Source: a virus
Taxonomy: Duplodnaviria > Heunggongvirae > Uroviricota > Caudoviricetes
IMG/VR virus record: IMGVR_UViG_3300032167_002310
Strand: one strand, 5' to 3'
DNA: 64,000 bases
Shown: positions 1 to 10,200 of the stretch, piece by piece
Layout of the letters: each line of letters begins with the position of its first letter
How positions within the stretch are numbered: the stretch's first letter is position 1
Made by a program: the position numbers and the translations under genes
The notes under the pieces: generated by a model
The model's input: only the letters and a program-made list of their open reading frames with translations
Database searches by the model: none
What the model was told of the DNA's origin: nothing

Positions 1-199
1 CACCGAAATCTAAAGCTGCAGGATTAACTGCACCTACTGGATTTTTAGGACAGGTCATAGAAATAGCAATCTGAATTTTCTCGCCGTTCTCTTGTGCCCA
101 CACATACACTTTCTTATCATATTCACCAACAAAATCTGCTCCAAAAGCAGCTTGGATTTTCTTGACTACATTAGCCTTTGCTTCTGCACCCTTTGCCAT
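1..199 (-). CDS. hypothetical protein, 3' end truncated by window edge (MAKGAEAKANVVKKIQAAFG...)
   Basis: Manual translation from ATG at 199 is open to position 1; AAGGAG RBS upstream. Confidence 0.75.
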   Translation of the reverse strand, partial: MAKGAEAKANVVKKIQAAFGADFVGEYDKKVYVWAQENGEKIQIAISMTCPKNPVGAVNPAALDFG

Positions 200-214
200 A
201 TGCTCTTTCTCCTT

Positions 215-364
215 TTACTTTCTCTTGATTATATTAACACCATCAAACTTGACTGAGTAAACGGCAAACCAGAACGCCGCAATCAACCAATATGAAGTTT
301 GACGTTGCGCTTCAATTCCTCTATAAGGATAATTGAAGCCGTCAATTATATATTTCATACCCAT
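215..364 (-). CDS. small hypothetical protein (49 aa)
   Basis: Manual translation MGMKYIIDGF...IIKRK fills the gap between adjacent minus-strand genes. Confidence 0.4.
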   Translation of the reverse strand: MGMKYIIDGFNYPYRGIEAQRQTSYWLIAAFWFAVYSVKFDGVNIIKRK

Positions 365-366
365 AT

Positions 367-1779
367 TTAGAACGGTAGCAATGAGCTAAAAAACTCTTGC
401 ATCCTTTCTTGTCTATCGTCATTATCAGAGTGACAATGCTCACAACGATAGTCATGATTTTTCTTGTCATACACTATATCGCTATTCCAATAAAGTTCTC
501 CGCAATTATCACAGGTTCTACATTCTCTATTGGCACATTCTTCACAAACATTTTCTCCTGAAGATTCGACGTACCAAGAATCATCATATAAAATTCTTCG
601 TCCACAACAAGAGCAGGTGATGTAGGCTTCATCTTCAGAACTCCCATACTCGAGTTCGCAATCTCGACAAAGCATATCATCTGTCTGAGCGACCGGATAT
701 TCGCCGCAGCGCAAACAAGGAATTTCGCCACCAATCAAAAAGTGAATCTCTTTATGACCACTGAAATATGATTTATTCCAACAGTAATATGGAATATAAC
801 AAGAACTTCTCAACAAATCATTGAAGTGCATCGGATTTTCACAGTCTTCAATCAGCTCTTCTTTAGGATACAATCTCCCTCGAATTGGAAGATATGGACT
901 CCTGAAGTACATCTCATCTTCATGTTCCTCATCTCCAGCAAAATTGAAGTTGCGCAATTCATCATTATGCCACTTACTCCACTGTCCGTGGAACTTAAAC
1001 ACATTCATAGAGTGATACAATACTGATTCTAAAGCAGTTTCACTAAAGAATGGATATTGCCTGCCCGCAAACATTGCATTCCAAGCATCGCTAAGGAACA
1101 ATAACATTCTCCATTTCTTAGAGTTCCAAGGAACATCACTTGGGAAATTCGGCAAATGGTTATCGTCTTTGTCACTCTTTAAGTAACAAATAACAGTAGA
1201 CTTATCCATCATATAAGATAAATTGCCGCAACGATATTCGCCATCAAGCGCATGACAAGAGCGCCAGTTGTATGTGTTTTCACTCGTACTTAAAAAGTCC
1301 AAAGGATGAACTGAAAAACACAACCAGCCTTCTACCTTATCCTCTTGGATAATCATACTTGCACGATTCTGAATTTCTTCCAAAGTAATCTTGTCATCTT
1401 CAAAGAACTTAAAAGCCTTAACGAGCTTCATGCCCTTCGGAATCTTTTCACCCCTTGGCGCAGTAAAACTCTCAACGACAACATTACTGAAAAAACCGTC
1501 TTTATTTTCATCAATGAAACAAGCCAAATCATTGTTTCTCCAAGTCATAGAAACAGACTCGATAAACTCATTAACTCGATTCATTTTCTCTTTATAGCTC
1601 AGTTCAAAACTGACTTTTTGTGGAATGGTATAAATAAGACGCCCATCCATCGCTTCAATAATGTCTCTCTTAGCCTCAAGCCATCTGCTAAAAAGCTCGT
1701 CAGTTTGGGGTTCATTAATGCCCTGAGAATGTGAAATAACTTTATTAAATTGCTCTTGGATTTCTTTAATATTAACCAT
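367..1779 (-). CDS. phage protein with SxHPxD...WxSC core domain and C-terminal CxxC zinc-ribbon repeats (paralog of 6088-7689)
   Basis: 470 aa ORF; motifs FSVHPLDFLSTSEN, WRSCHALDGEY; several CxxC pairs at C-terminus. Confidence 0.75.
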   Translation of the reverse strand: MVNIKEIQEQFNKVISHSQGINEPQTDELFSRWLEAKRDIIEAMDGRLIYTIPQKVSFELSYKEKMNRVNEFIESVSMTWRNNDLACFIDENKDGFFSNVVVESFTAPRGEKIPKGMKLVKAFKFFEDDKITLEEIQNRASMIIQEDKVEGWLCFSVHPLDFLSTSENTYNWRSCHALDGEYRCGNLSYMMDKSTVICYLKSDKDDNHLPNFPSDVPWNSKKWRMLLFLSDAWNAMFAGRQYPFFSETALESVLYHSMNVFKFHGQWSKWHNDELRNFNFAGDEEHEDEMYFRSPYLPIRGRLYPKEELIEDCENPMHFNDLLRSSCYIPYYCWNKSYFSGHKEIHFLIGGEIPCLRCGEYPVAQTDDMLCRDCELEYGSSEDEAYITCSCCGRRILYDDSWYVESSGENVCEECANRECRTCDNCGELYWNSDIVYDKKNHDYRCEHCHSDNDDRQERMQEFFSSLLPF

Positions 1780-1781
1780 GT

Positions 1782-2837
1782 TTATTTATTCCCCTTGCCT
1801 TTTTTCTTTTTATCGGACTTAGGCTTTGGATTCTTTGCGCAGTCGGGGCAAACATCCACAAGACTAATATCAGTACCAGGTTCAACCTCAAATGGCTCTT
1901 GACAATATTTACACCAAGATACATTATCAACTAAACAGTCAGGACAATACCAGCCTGTCTTACCATCTAAGAGTTTAACTGGAAATACTTCTTCTTCGAG
2001 GAAGGTCTTATGACACTTCGTACAAACGACTTCATCATCATATGGATAGGAGTAACAACCGTACCCATACGCTTTAGAGTAGTAGTTTTCTTCCCACCCA
2101 TCTTTCTTCCAGTTTTTCCAATTCCAAGCGTAGGGACTGGGAATATACTTGAAGAAAGGAATTTCTTCCTCGTCCAACATCTTTTTAACTTTTTCGATTG
2201 TTGCGAACATAGGGCTTACAAACAAAAGTTCTTGATGACTGTGTTCATCACGGTATCCAATAGACAGATTTACACCAGCAACTCCCCATTCAGGACAAAA
2301 CTCACAGATGTCAGAAAAGCTACCATAGGCCTCAGTAAAGCCGAACTGCTCAACATAATCAACAAACTGAGGGTTCTCACAATCATAGAATACACAGTCA
2401 TTTGTACCACGTCTATCCAGTTCAATAACATACTTCAAATCCTCAAAAGGACAGCTTAATTTTGCAAGTTCTCCAGCACCCAAACAACCTTTTTCTTCAT
2501 CGGTGGTAAGGATTACATGAGGACGGTAACCTGCACGCAGAATCTGAATAATTGCATACACACCAGCTCTATCATCTGCACCCAATCCTTCAGGACTCCA
2601 AATTACATTCTTGCGAGTATCATAAAACATTTCAGAAACTGGCTTGTCAAAGACAGTATCCATATGCGCCGTCAAAGCAATCGGAATCTCACCAACCGCA
2701 ACAATATAATCCTTGGTTTCAATAACCTTGCTATACTTCTTTCTGAGGAAATTGGACATTACCTTTTTCAAAGCCGGTTGCTTTAAAGATACGATTTGTT
2801 CAAAAGTCTTCAATTCATTTTCTCGTAAAATTCTCAT
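1782..2837 (-). CDS. M28/M20-type Zn-dependent peptidase with C-terminal zinc ribbon
   Basis: Metal-ligand motifs AHMDTV, GADDRAG, DEEKG, ELDRRG, SDI, EH; CxxC pairs at C-terminus. Confidence 0.85.
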   Translation of the reverse strand: MRILRENELKTFEQIVSLKQPALKKVMSNFLRKKYSKVIETKDYIVAVGEIPIALTAHMDTVFDKPVSEMFYDTRKNVIWSPEGLGADDRAGVYAIIQILRAGYRPHVILTTDEEKGCLGAGELAKLSCPFEDLKYVIELDRRGTNDCVFYDCENPQFVDYVEQFGFTEAYGSFSDICEFCPEWGVAGVNLSIGYRDEHSHQELLFVSPMFATIEKVKKMLDEEEIPFFKYIPSPYAWNWKNWKKDGWEENYYSKAYGYGCYSYPYDDEVVCTKCHKTFLEEEVFPVKLLDGKTGWYCPDCLVDNVSWCKYCQEPFEVEPGTDISLVDVCPDCAKNPKPKSDKKKKGKGNK

Positions 2838-2900
2838 TCACAACAACCTACCTCTCTTCATATTCTTATATATATATTATATCAAAAATTTAATAAAAAA

Positions 2901-3677
2901 TCAAGATTGGTCGGTAGCTTCCATATAGTCTCTAATTTTTTCCGGGTCAGCCAAATCAAAAGCACGATAACATATCTTACAATGCCTATTCATTTGACAC
3001 TTCTGGCCGCAATTTAAACGACTTCTTGCCATATCTGGAAGAATCATACGATTCACAGCTGGATATTCTAAGTTTGTAATAACCATTGATAAATCTCCGG
3101 GCCAGCTCTTTTGTTCTGCGTATAATCTATATAGAGCTTGTTCTTTGCGATTATCACAATCCTCAAACTCAATTGTTTCAACATATGGAGCATATGTATC
3201 TACATCTTCCGGACGAATCCATGTGCCGCAAACCCCATCGGGATGAGGAAAGGTATCTGTAAATGCAATGTTTGGAATTGCTCTAACAGGAATATTAAAC
3301 AACTTAACTTCATCCATTTGGAAGAATAAAGGTTCGGCCAGGCGCACATAACAAACGCCCAAATCTCTTAAAGCGTTCAATTCATAAAAAGTTTTAATTG
3401 GATAACCAATATAAAACTTTAATTCTTTTTCTTTACATACTTTAGCATCTTCAAAAGAAGATAAACACATAATAAAATTACCTTTAGCTAAAACATTCCA
3501 ACGAACGCAATCATTCCAGTTAATCTCTTCTCCAGAGTAACACATTAAAATAATTGTTGCGTCTGGATAATTATCAATTAAATCCGGAATAATCTTTCTA
3601 TCTCTAAATTCAACTTTAATTTCATCTGCCTTTTGGAGATATGCTTTTTCTTGTCTGCAATTTAAGCAATATTTCAT
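2901..3677 (-). CDS. peptidase U32-like (putative Fe-S) protein
   Basis: WIRPEDVDTY motif and C-terminal CxxxC-CxxC cluster resemble the U32 family; recognition by eye only. Confidence 0.5.
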   Translation of the reverse strand: MKYCLNCRQEKAYLQKADEIKVEFRDRKIIPDLIDNYPDATIILMCYSGEEINWNDCVRWNVLAKGNFIMCLSSFEDAKVCKEKELKFYIGYPIKTFYELNALRDLGVCYVRLAEPLFFQMDEVKLFNIPVRAIPNIAFTDTFPHPDGVCGTWIRPEDVDTYAPYVETIEFEDCDNRKEQALYRLYAEQKSWPGDLSMVITNLEYPAVNRMILPDMARSRLNCGQKCQMNRHCKICYRAFDLADPEKIRDYMEATDQS

Positions 3678-3844
3678 CTTAAACTCCTCCTTTTACTTAT
3701 ATTGTACCATTTTTTTGTAAGAAAGTCAATAAAAATTACCCAATGGCAATTTTATTCTCGCCTTACGATTTGCACGCCCCTCAGCGCCCGGAGCAGCTTT
3801 GTGAAACAAAAAACCCATCTCAAAATTTGAGATGGGTTTCTATA

Positions 3845-4108
3845 TTATTCAACGCTACGAGCGTAACACATAATTACCGGCCAAATTGTTTCGACCAGAC
3901 CGGGATACTTACAGGCCGCAGCCAAAGCTTCAATTTTTCTTTTCTCTACTTCTGGGACATAAATAGGAGCATTATATAATTCTTTAATTGCACCAACTTG
4001 CTTTACAGCGTCGATGCGCTCCTCCAATAAATGCAAAATATCAGTATCAATTAACTGAATTGTCATTCGTAAAGTGTCCAACATAGCTTCATCTTCTGGT
4101 TTCATCAT
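3845..4108 (-). CDS. AroQ-type chorismate mutase-like protein (partly degenerate active site)
   Basis: LRxxIxxIDxxIxxLLxxR-x10-K spacing matches R11/R28/K39 of AroQ; ATGA overlap with upstream gene. Confidence 0.7.
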   Translation of the reverse strand: MMKPEDEAMLDTLRMTIQLIDTDILHLLEERIDAVKQVGAIKELYNAPIYVPEVEKRKIEALAAACKYPGLVETIWPVIMCYARSVE

Positions 4109-5529
4109 ATAATACCTCCAAATATGAATCCAAAACCTACAACGAATACAATCGAAATAACCGTTGCAATACCACCATATATCAACATATCTTTGGAATC
4201 ACAATATTCAGACCCTGCCGCAAGTGCTACATGAGCGATAGCTGGTGGAGTTGCATAAGCCATTGATGCGCACATACCAATCAAGATAGTAGACAAAACA
4301 GGCGAAATAACTCCAGTTGCAATTACTATTGGTGTCAGTAAATTATATGAAACGGTAGTCGTAACAATATTTGACATTAAATTAGTCATTACTACAGTGA
4401 AGCATACTATTGCAAAAATCAAACCTAACATTGAAGGTTGACCAATAATTGCTCCAAGACCCTCGCCAATCGCCGCGGTAATGCCGAGGTCCGCAGAAGT
4501 TAACCATTTACCAACTGCAAGAGTTGATGCACACAAAATAATTGCTGTCCAAGGCACGCCATTCTTCATTGCATCATTGAATTTCAAAATGCCAAACAAA
4601 CAAAGAACAATGACGCCCAGCATAGGAGGAACAGTTGTGGTCCAAGTTTTTAATATTGGAAGCCAATCTGGGAATAAACCAGAGACCATCCACATTGCCA
4701 CAACAACCAAGAAAACAATTAAAGCAACAATCTCTTTTCGAGTAATCTTAGTCGTATTTTCAGAAGCAGCGACTTGAACATGAGCCACTTGTTTCCTAAA
4801 ACCTAACCATAAAGCGCCAAAGGTTGCCCCCGCCGCACACAATCCAGCTGGAATACCAATCAGCATATAATCAATCCAGTTAATAACTTCCTCAGTCGCA
4901 GATTCATAAAAGCCAATCGCCATGAGCGGGAAGGTGTGAGCAATAGGAGTCATCGCGCAAGATATTGAAGTCATAATAGCCGTACCAATCATTAACATCT
5001 TTGCATATGCGTTGCCCTTTTGGAATCCATTAATGTCGTAAATTTCCTTCGCCAAAGCAAAGAATAAAACGAATAAAACGGTCGGGGAAATGAAGCTTCC
5101 GATTACCAAAATGGATACGAAATACATTGCCGCAAATGCCCATTGGGATTTCTTTGCTATTGGTGTATTAACAAACCATAATGCGATTCGTCTCAAAAGT
5201 CCAGTCGTGGAGAGCGCATATGTCAGCGCGCAACTGAAAATGAGGAAGGCAATAGTATTATTACCCAATGAATTCGCCATTACTATCGATATGGTCACAT
5301 CAGTCAACTGCGTCAATGAAAATAGCACCAGTAAGCTCGGCCAGCCTACATCCACAAAAAGCCACATAATGATAGCACCAATGAATATGCCAATCATTGT
5401 AATTGCATCGCCACTTAACCCAGCGAACGCAATGTCCAAACTTGGGAACAATGTCGTAAAGAACATGCATATGCACCCAAGCCAAAATGCAAACATCTTT
5501 TTACCAGACATAATAACCTCCTTATTCAA
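4105..5529 (-). CDS. SLC13/DASS family anion:Na+ symporter
   Basis: 474 aa, many hydrophobic segments; motifs SCAMTPIAHTFP, TNLMSNIVT, YATPPAIAH typical of DASS hairpins. Confidence 0.85.
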   Translation of the reverse strand: MNKEVIMSGKKMFAFWLGCICMFFTTLFPSLDIAFAGLSGDAITMIGIFIGAIIMWLFVDVGWPSLLVLFSLTQLTDVTISIVMANSLGNNTIAFLIFSCALTYALSTTGLLRRIALWFVNTPIAKKSQWAFAAMYFVSILVIGSFISPTVLFVLFFALAKEIYDINGFQKGNAYAKMLMIGTAIMTSISCAMTPIAHTFPLMAIGFYESATEEVINWIDYMLIGIPAGLCAAGATFGALWLGFRKQVAHVQVAASENTTKITRKEIVALIVFLVVVAMWMVSGLFPDWLPILKTWTTTVPPMLGVIVLCLFGILKFNDAMKNGVPWTAIILCASTLAVGKWLTSADLGITAAIGEGLGAIIGQPSMLGLIFAIVCFTVVMTNLMSNIVTTTVSYNLLTPIVIATGVISPVLSTILIGMCASMAYATPPAIAHVALAAGSEYCDSKDMLIYGGIATVISIVFVVGFGFIFGGII

Positions 5530-5530
5530 T

Positions 5531-5565
5531 TAAAAAAGAGGGAACAGGTTTCCCTGTCCCCTCAA
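5531..5565 (-). terminator. intrinsic terminator
   Basis: GAGGG-AACAGG/CCTGTC-CCCTC stem with an A-tract on + (U-tract on -). Confidence 0.7.
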
Positions 5566-5575
5566 ATCGCCAATC

Positions 5576-5989
5576 TTACTCAGCGTCAGCAACCTGTGCG
5601 ATTCTGTAAGACTGAACCTTACGAGCCTTAACGCCCTCGCCGCCAGGGATAGTCTTCTCAGCCTTTTCAGCCACACCAGCCTTAACGAGTGCGTTCAAGC
5701 GATATGCAACCTTAGCAGTAGTCACATCTTCGCCCTCGATGCAGGCAGTAACCTCGGCGATAGTCTGATACTCATCAGTGAGAACATTCTCAACTGCGAT
5801 AGTGAGCTCGTCAGCCTCAGCCTTCTTGTTAGCAGCGGCTTCCTTAGCCTTAGCAGCCTTCTTCTCGAGCAGAGCAATCTCGTTGCCCACGAACTCAGTG
5901 AGCATATCAGCATCTGCATGGTCGGAAGTGGCGAGAATGTCGAGAATCATTGCGAACTTGTCTTTCTTAGTAATCTTAGCGTTAGTCAT
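5576..5989 (-). CDS. winged-HTH DNA-binding protein (distant paralog of the 19972/20833/24558 family)
   Basis: N-terminal KITKKDKF...EIALLEKK helix plus C-terminal YQTIAEV...KVAYRLNALVKAGVAEK wHTH pattern. Confidence 0.65.
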   Translation of the reverse strand: MTNAKITKKDKFAMILDILATSDHADADMLTEFVGNEIALLEKKAAKAKEAAANKKAEADELTIAVENVLTDEYQTIAEVTACIEGEDVTTAKVAYRLNALVKAGVAEKAEKTIPGGEGVKARKVQSYRIAQVADAE

Positions 5990-6087
5990 AGTCTTTGTAC
6001 CTCTTTCTATAATTTTTTTTGATTTTGAGTTAAGGTTTTTTCTTTACCTTACATATATATTATAACATTTTTTTTTGAAAAAATCAA

Positions 6088-7689
6088 TTAGTTCTTATGA
6101 TGCTTTAGGAACCATTCCATATCAGCCTCATCACAGAGGTCGAACAATTCTCGACCTCTCTCGGTCAGCTCCCCAAGTCGTACATAGTACAGCTCACGCC
6201 AGAAGCTACCATAACGATGGAACTCACGATTTTTAGGGTCAATGGTGAAGAACTTGCTGAACTGTTCATCACTCACATTAAAGTCGTCATAGATATCATC
6301 CAGACAAACTCGAACGGAGTAAGGACACTCACGGTCATTCAGCTTCTCTTCGGGGAAGTCGTCCGGAATTACATTCAGAGTCACGAAGTTGGAATCGTGA
6401 TGTTCCCTGCCGGACACAGGGCACTCTGCGACGTGCTCGTCATAACAGTAGTCACAGTAGCAGCTACCATCAACTTCGACTGCATCGTCAGGGTTGATGC
6501 GGTTGTCACAGCAGCAGCAGTAGACATAGTCAGAGCAGCTGTTGCAAGTCAGAGGCTCTTCACCATCGAAGTCCACATCGGAACGGCCGCAGTACATACA
6601 TACTTCCGGACCGGAGTAGTTGAACTGGTACTTGTGCTCATATACACTCTCCGGATTAGCAGTCACACGAATCTGGTGAGAGCAAGAGCCGAAGTCATTG
6701 TACATAGTGTCGCACCAGAACTGGAACTTCCAATTCTCGCCATCCACCTGGAACCAGTTTTCGTGTTCCATAGTGTAAACCTGCTCCTTGTATTCCCAAC
6801 CGAGGTTCTTCTGAGCCAGAGCGCAGAGCCAGTTGATAACCTCGTTAGCCAGACCGTCGTGGCAGTAAGGGTAACCCTTAACACCAACAACGCACTCGGG
6901 CTGAACGATGAAGAGCTGACGCCACTTCTTGTTGTTCCAGTACTTGTCGTAGAAACGCATATCTTCCTTAGCACGGAGATAAGCAACCACGACACACTCG
7001 GAGTTCATCATCTCAACAGTACCACGGCGATAGCAACCCGTATTACGCCAAGACATACAAGAGTCCCAGTCGCAATCGTTGTCGCTCATGGTCATATAGT
7101 CCATAGGATGGATAGAGATGCAGAGTTCGCCTTTCAGCATCTTCTGGTTCAATACACGAGAGTGGCACAGACGGAACTCTTCAAAGCCGTCCACATTCCA
7201 CGCCTGTGCAATCTTGCCGAGAATCTTAACTGGCTTGCAACCACGCTGAACCTGAATAGGCTTGCCATCATTAGGCACATTGACAGTGAAGCTGTCGCCC
7301 TCATAACTGTTGCGAGCGAGGTAGTAAGAGCTGAACAGGTCCATGATGCACCAACGATTGACGCCCATTTCACGCCAGTTGCGGTCAACGCAGTTGCTCA
7401 GATTCATATAGAAAGGACGCATGGAAGGACCGTCCTCACGGAAGCTGAGCAGTTCGCCAATCTCACGCTCCATATCGCCGGCTTCCTTGACAACGGTGAT
7501 GTCCTTGGAGAGAATGAGATTTTCGCCCATCAGCTTGAACAGACGAGCCTTATTGGAGTTCCAATAACGAAGAATGTACTCAAGGGAGGCTTTGGAGCCG
7601 CCACAGTTTACTTCGTCGAGTGCGTAGTCAGAAATCCACGCTTCAATCAGTTCCTTATCGGCCGCAGCCAAAACTTCCTTAAATAACAT
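6088..7689 (-). CDS. phage protein with SxHPxD...WxSC core domain and zinc ribbons (paralog of 367-1779)
   Basis: 533 aa; ISIHPMDYMTMSDN, WDSCM, CxxC repeats. Confidence 0.75.
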   Translation of the reverse strand: MLFKEVLAAADKELIEAWISDYALDEVNCGGSKASLEYILRYWNSNKARLFKLMGENLILSKDITVVKEAGDMEREIGELLSFREDGPSMRPFYMNLSNCVDRNWREMGVNRWCIMDLFSSYYLARNSYEGDSFTVNVPNDGKPIQVQRGCKPVKILGKIAQAWNVDGFEEFRLCHSRVLNQKMLKGELCISIHPMDYMTMSDNDCDWDSCMSWRNTGCYRRGTVEMMNSECVVVAYLRAKEDMRFYDKYWNNKKWRQLFIVQPECVVGVKGYPYCHDGLANEVINWLCALAQKNLGWEYKEQVYTMEHENWFQVDGENWKFQFWCDTMYNDFGSCSHQIRVTANPESVYEHKYQFNYSGPEVCMYCGRSDVDFDGEEPLTCNSCSDYVYCCCCDNRINPDDAVEVDGSCYCDYCYDEHVAECPVSGREHHDSNFVTLNVIPDDFPEEKLNDRECPYSVRVCLDDIYDDFNVSDEQFSKFFTIDPKNREFHRYGSFWRELYYVRLGELTERGRELFDLCDEADMEWFLKHHKN

Positions 7690-7921
7690 AGTATCTACCT
7701 CGCTTTATTGTTCTTTCTTTATCTTACATATATATTATAACATATTTTTATAAAAAAATCAAATAAGCTCTTTGGTGCCCAGTAGGCTTACCTTTTAACG
7801 CCTTGAGTACCGCTCGCACTCATTTTGATTTCTTTATCACTTTCTATAAATATTATAACATATTTTTTATAAAAAATCAAAAAGGCTCTCTGAAGCGAGT
7901 CAGAGAGCCTTATGGAATTTA

Positions 7922-9136
7922 TTAGTCGTGATGGCCGCAGTGGCACTCGTGCTTACCAGTCTGCATATTCATCATCATCATAGGCAGCATCCAGTCGTTA
8001 GACTTGCCATCCTTACCCATCATGAAGTAGAGCATCATAGGATTGTTCATATCGAAGTTACCGTTGCCCTGATTCATCAGGAAGAACATCATCATAGGGT
8101 CGATATCCTTACCCTCGCCCATCATAATGAAAGGCAGCATATTACCGAAAGGCTGGTCGGCAGTAGGAGCGCCAGTGAAGGCGTCGAACATAGACACAAT
8201 CTTGGTAACGAAGTTGAAACCGAACATATTGGTAGTAGGAATGATAGTCTTAGCCTCGCCAGCGCGCACATCCACAGCAGAGATGGAACCACCCTCAGTG
8301 GAAGTTACGAACATAGGCACACGGTTGTGGATGACGATATCGCCAACCTTAATGTCCTTGATAGCAACAGGCATCTTGAACATATACTGGCGACCATCGA
8401 AGTTGAACACATCAACATCGACAATCTGACCGTTGTTATAGGACACCCAGATACCGGCGTTGTTCTGAACAGCCAGGCCGTAGATGCTCATTCGGATATT
8501 ATCATTGCTGCAAGGACCGAAATCAAAATTGAAACCCTTCATATCAGTTTTCTCCTTTTCATTTTTCAGAATTTCGTCAATAGGTTTCTTTAGACTACAG
8601 CTCATATCGAGATTTGCATGGTCTAAATCAATCTTATAGTTTTTTACGGGATAGCAGTTGCTTGAAGTGCATTGCACAGAAACATCTTCGGGACGGACTT
8701 CTATCCAATCCCCATCAGGAGCCTTAATACGCATCCCAATCGCATCAGGCATAATTCTGCTCATATTTTTGTTTACTTCGCTTGAAGCGATATTGCACTT
8801 GACCTTAACTAAGTCTTGACCAAATGCGTGTTCTTTGTCAAATTCGGCGCTCATTCCATACTCTGAGTAGTCTTCGCAGAACTCGGACCAAAGGAATGTA
8901 CCCAATGACTGGTCGCAAGGGTCAAGAGTCATACTCTTTCTGTCATTGGAATGAATTTCGATTTCATAATCGTCACCCTCAATCTCAATGCACTTGCCCT
9001 TAAACTTGCTGACGAATTCCTTCCAGCGGTCATATGGGAATTTCTTGTAGGTTTTATCCTTGACCAGGTCCGCAAAGTCTGTCAAAGCGAAATCCAGCTC
9101 TCGAGAATCAATAGCCGTATACAAGTCGCTTTGCAA
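7922..9136 (-). CDS. hypothetical protein with Met-rich C-terminal repeats
   Basis: 404 aa ORF; NMLPFIMM/DPMMMFFLM/NPMMLYFMM/LPMMMMNM tail; start codon uncertain. Confidence 0.75.
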   Translation of the reverse strand: MQSDLYTAIDSRELDFALTDFADLVKDKTYKKFPYDRWKEFVSKFKGKCIEIEGDDYEIEIHSNDRKSMTLDPCDQSLGTFLWSEFCEDYSEYGMSAEFDKEHAFGQDLVKVKCNIASSEVNKNMSRIMPDAIGMRIKAPDGDWIEVRPEDVSVQCTSSNCYPVKNYKIDLDHANLDMSCSLKKPIDEILKNEKEKTDMKGFNFDFGPCSNDNIRMSIYGLAVQNNAGIWVSYNNGQIVDVDVFNFDGRQYMFKMPVAIKDIKVGDIVIHNRVPMFVTSTEGGSISAVDVRAGEAKTIIPTTNMFGFNFVTKIVSMFDAFTGAPTADQPFGNMLPFIMMGEGKDIDPMMMFFLMNQGNGNFDMNNPMMLYFMMGKDGKSNDWMLPMMMMNMQTGKHECHCGHHD

Positions 9137-9395
9137 CCTCGCTTTCTATATATTGTACCTCTTGGTCGGTAAAAGTATCACTATCGATGCCGACCTCATC
9201 GTATATATCACACTGAGTGGCGAAGTCGTTACACATAGGCCCGGCCGCAACCATCAGATTGATAACTTGATTGATTTTACCCTGTCGAGTAGGAAGCATT
9301 CCCTCACACTCCATCGCATAAAGGTTGAATGCTTCTCTTTCTATTGGGCTTTCTCTATACCAAGGCGGGTCAACGCCAAATTTTCCATCAAACAT
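9108..9395 (-). CDS. hypothetical protein
   Basis: 95 aa ORF with AAGGAGG RBS. Confidence 0.75.
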   Translation of the reverse strand: MFDGKFGVDPPWYRESPIEREAFNLYAMECEGMLPTRQGKINQVINLMVAAGPMCNDFATQCDIYDEVGIDSDTFTDQEVQYIESEVAKRLVYGY

Positions 9396-9406
9396 GACAC
9401 GCCTCC

Positions 9407-9661
9407 TTACTTACTAAACTTAGAAACGCTACCGTCGACCAGATAAGCCAGCACATCTACATCATGGTAGCCGCCGTCTTCATCTTCAACTTCAACATCG
9501 TAACTCACATAAGGGAACTCAGTTTTCAGAGCCTTGACTGCATCCAGCACACCAGACGCCAGCTCACGAAAACGGATATCCTTACGCTTTTTCAGTTCAT
9601 GGCTGATATCCTCAGCCAGAATGGACAGTTCCTCAAGGGACATAGACTTAATATCTACCAT
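9407..9661 (-). CDS. hypothetical protein
   Basis: ORF-track ORF, start moved to the ATG (MVDIK) after GAGGT RBS. Confidence 0.7.
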   Translation of the reverse strand: MVDIKSMSLEELSILAEDISHELKKRKDIRFRELASGVLDAVKALKTEFPYVSYDVEVEDEDGGYHDVDVLAYLVDGSVSKFSK

Positions 9662-9680
9662 AAAAATACCAACCTCTTTC

Positions 9681-9878
9681 TTATAAATCTGCAAGTACCT
9701 TGTTCAGTCTTGCGAGTTCATTTTCCATCAGCTCATTCAGAGCGTTTTTGAATTCTGGATTAAAAAGTGCGAAGTCTTCAGCATCCTTAACCGCCTTATC
9801 AACTTCGTCCATAAACGCCTGGAAGCCATCAATCGCATCCAGTGCACGGGAAGCCTCTAACGCCTTAGTTCTTGTCAT
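9681..9878 (-). CDS. hypothetical protein
   Basis: Start moved to MTRTKALE after AAGGAGG RBS. Confidence 0.7.
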   Translation of the reverse strand: MTRTKALEASRALDAIDGFQAFMDEVDKAVKDAEDFALFNPEFKNALNELMENELARLNKVLADL

Positions 9879-9888
9879 ATGAACCTCC

Positions 9889-10200
9889 TTACCACCAGTT
9901 ACGATTTGCAGATTCCCAGAACAGATTGAAGACATCTTCAGGAACCATATCTTCGCTATATCTGCAAGTGCCAGCAAGAGCGTCGAACATAGCATTGATT
10001 TCTTCTTCCTCATACTTTTCGAGTTCAGTAGACCATTCGTCTACGATAGCGAACATCTTAACTTCAACTTCAAACTGATGAGGACGGGACAGGAACTCAA
10101 CCAGCTCCTTGAAAGTATTGTAGTGACCGTGACCACCTTCGCACACAAACATAGGAGAATGATTATCGTCGTCCAGACCAAGAATTCTATATTTAGACAT
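9889..10200 (-). CDS. hypothetical acidic protein
   Basis: 103 aa; directly downstream of a repeated promoter with GAGGT RBS. Confidence 0.75.
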   Translation of the reverse strand: MSKYRILGLDDDNHSPMFVCEGGHGHYNTFKELVEFLSRPHQFEVEVKMFAIVDEWSTELEKYEEEEINAMFDALAGTCRYSEDMVPEDVFNLFWESANRNWW

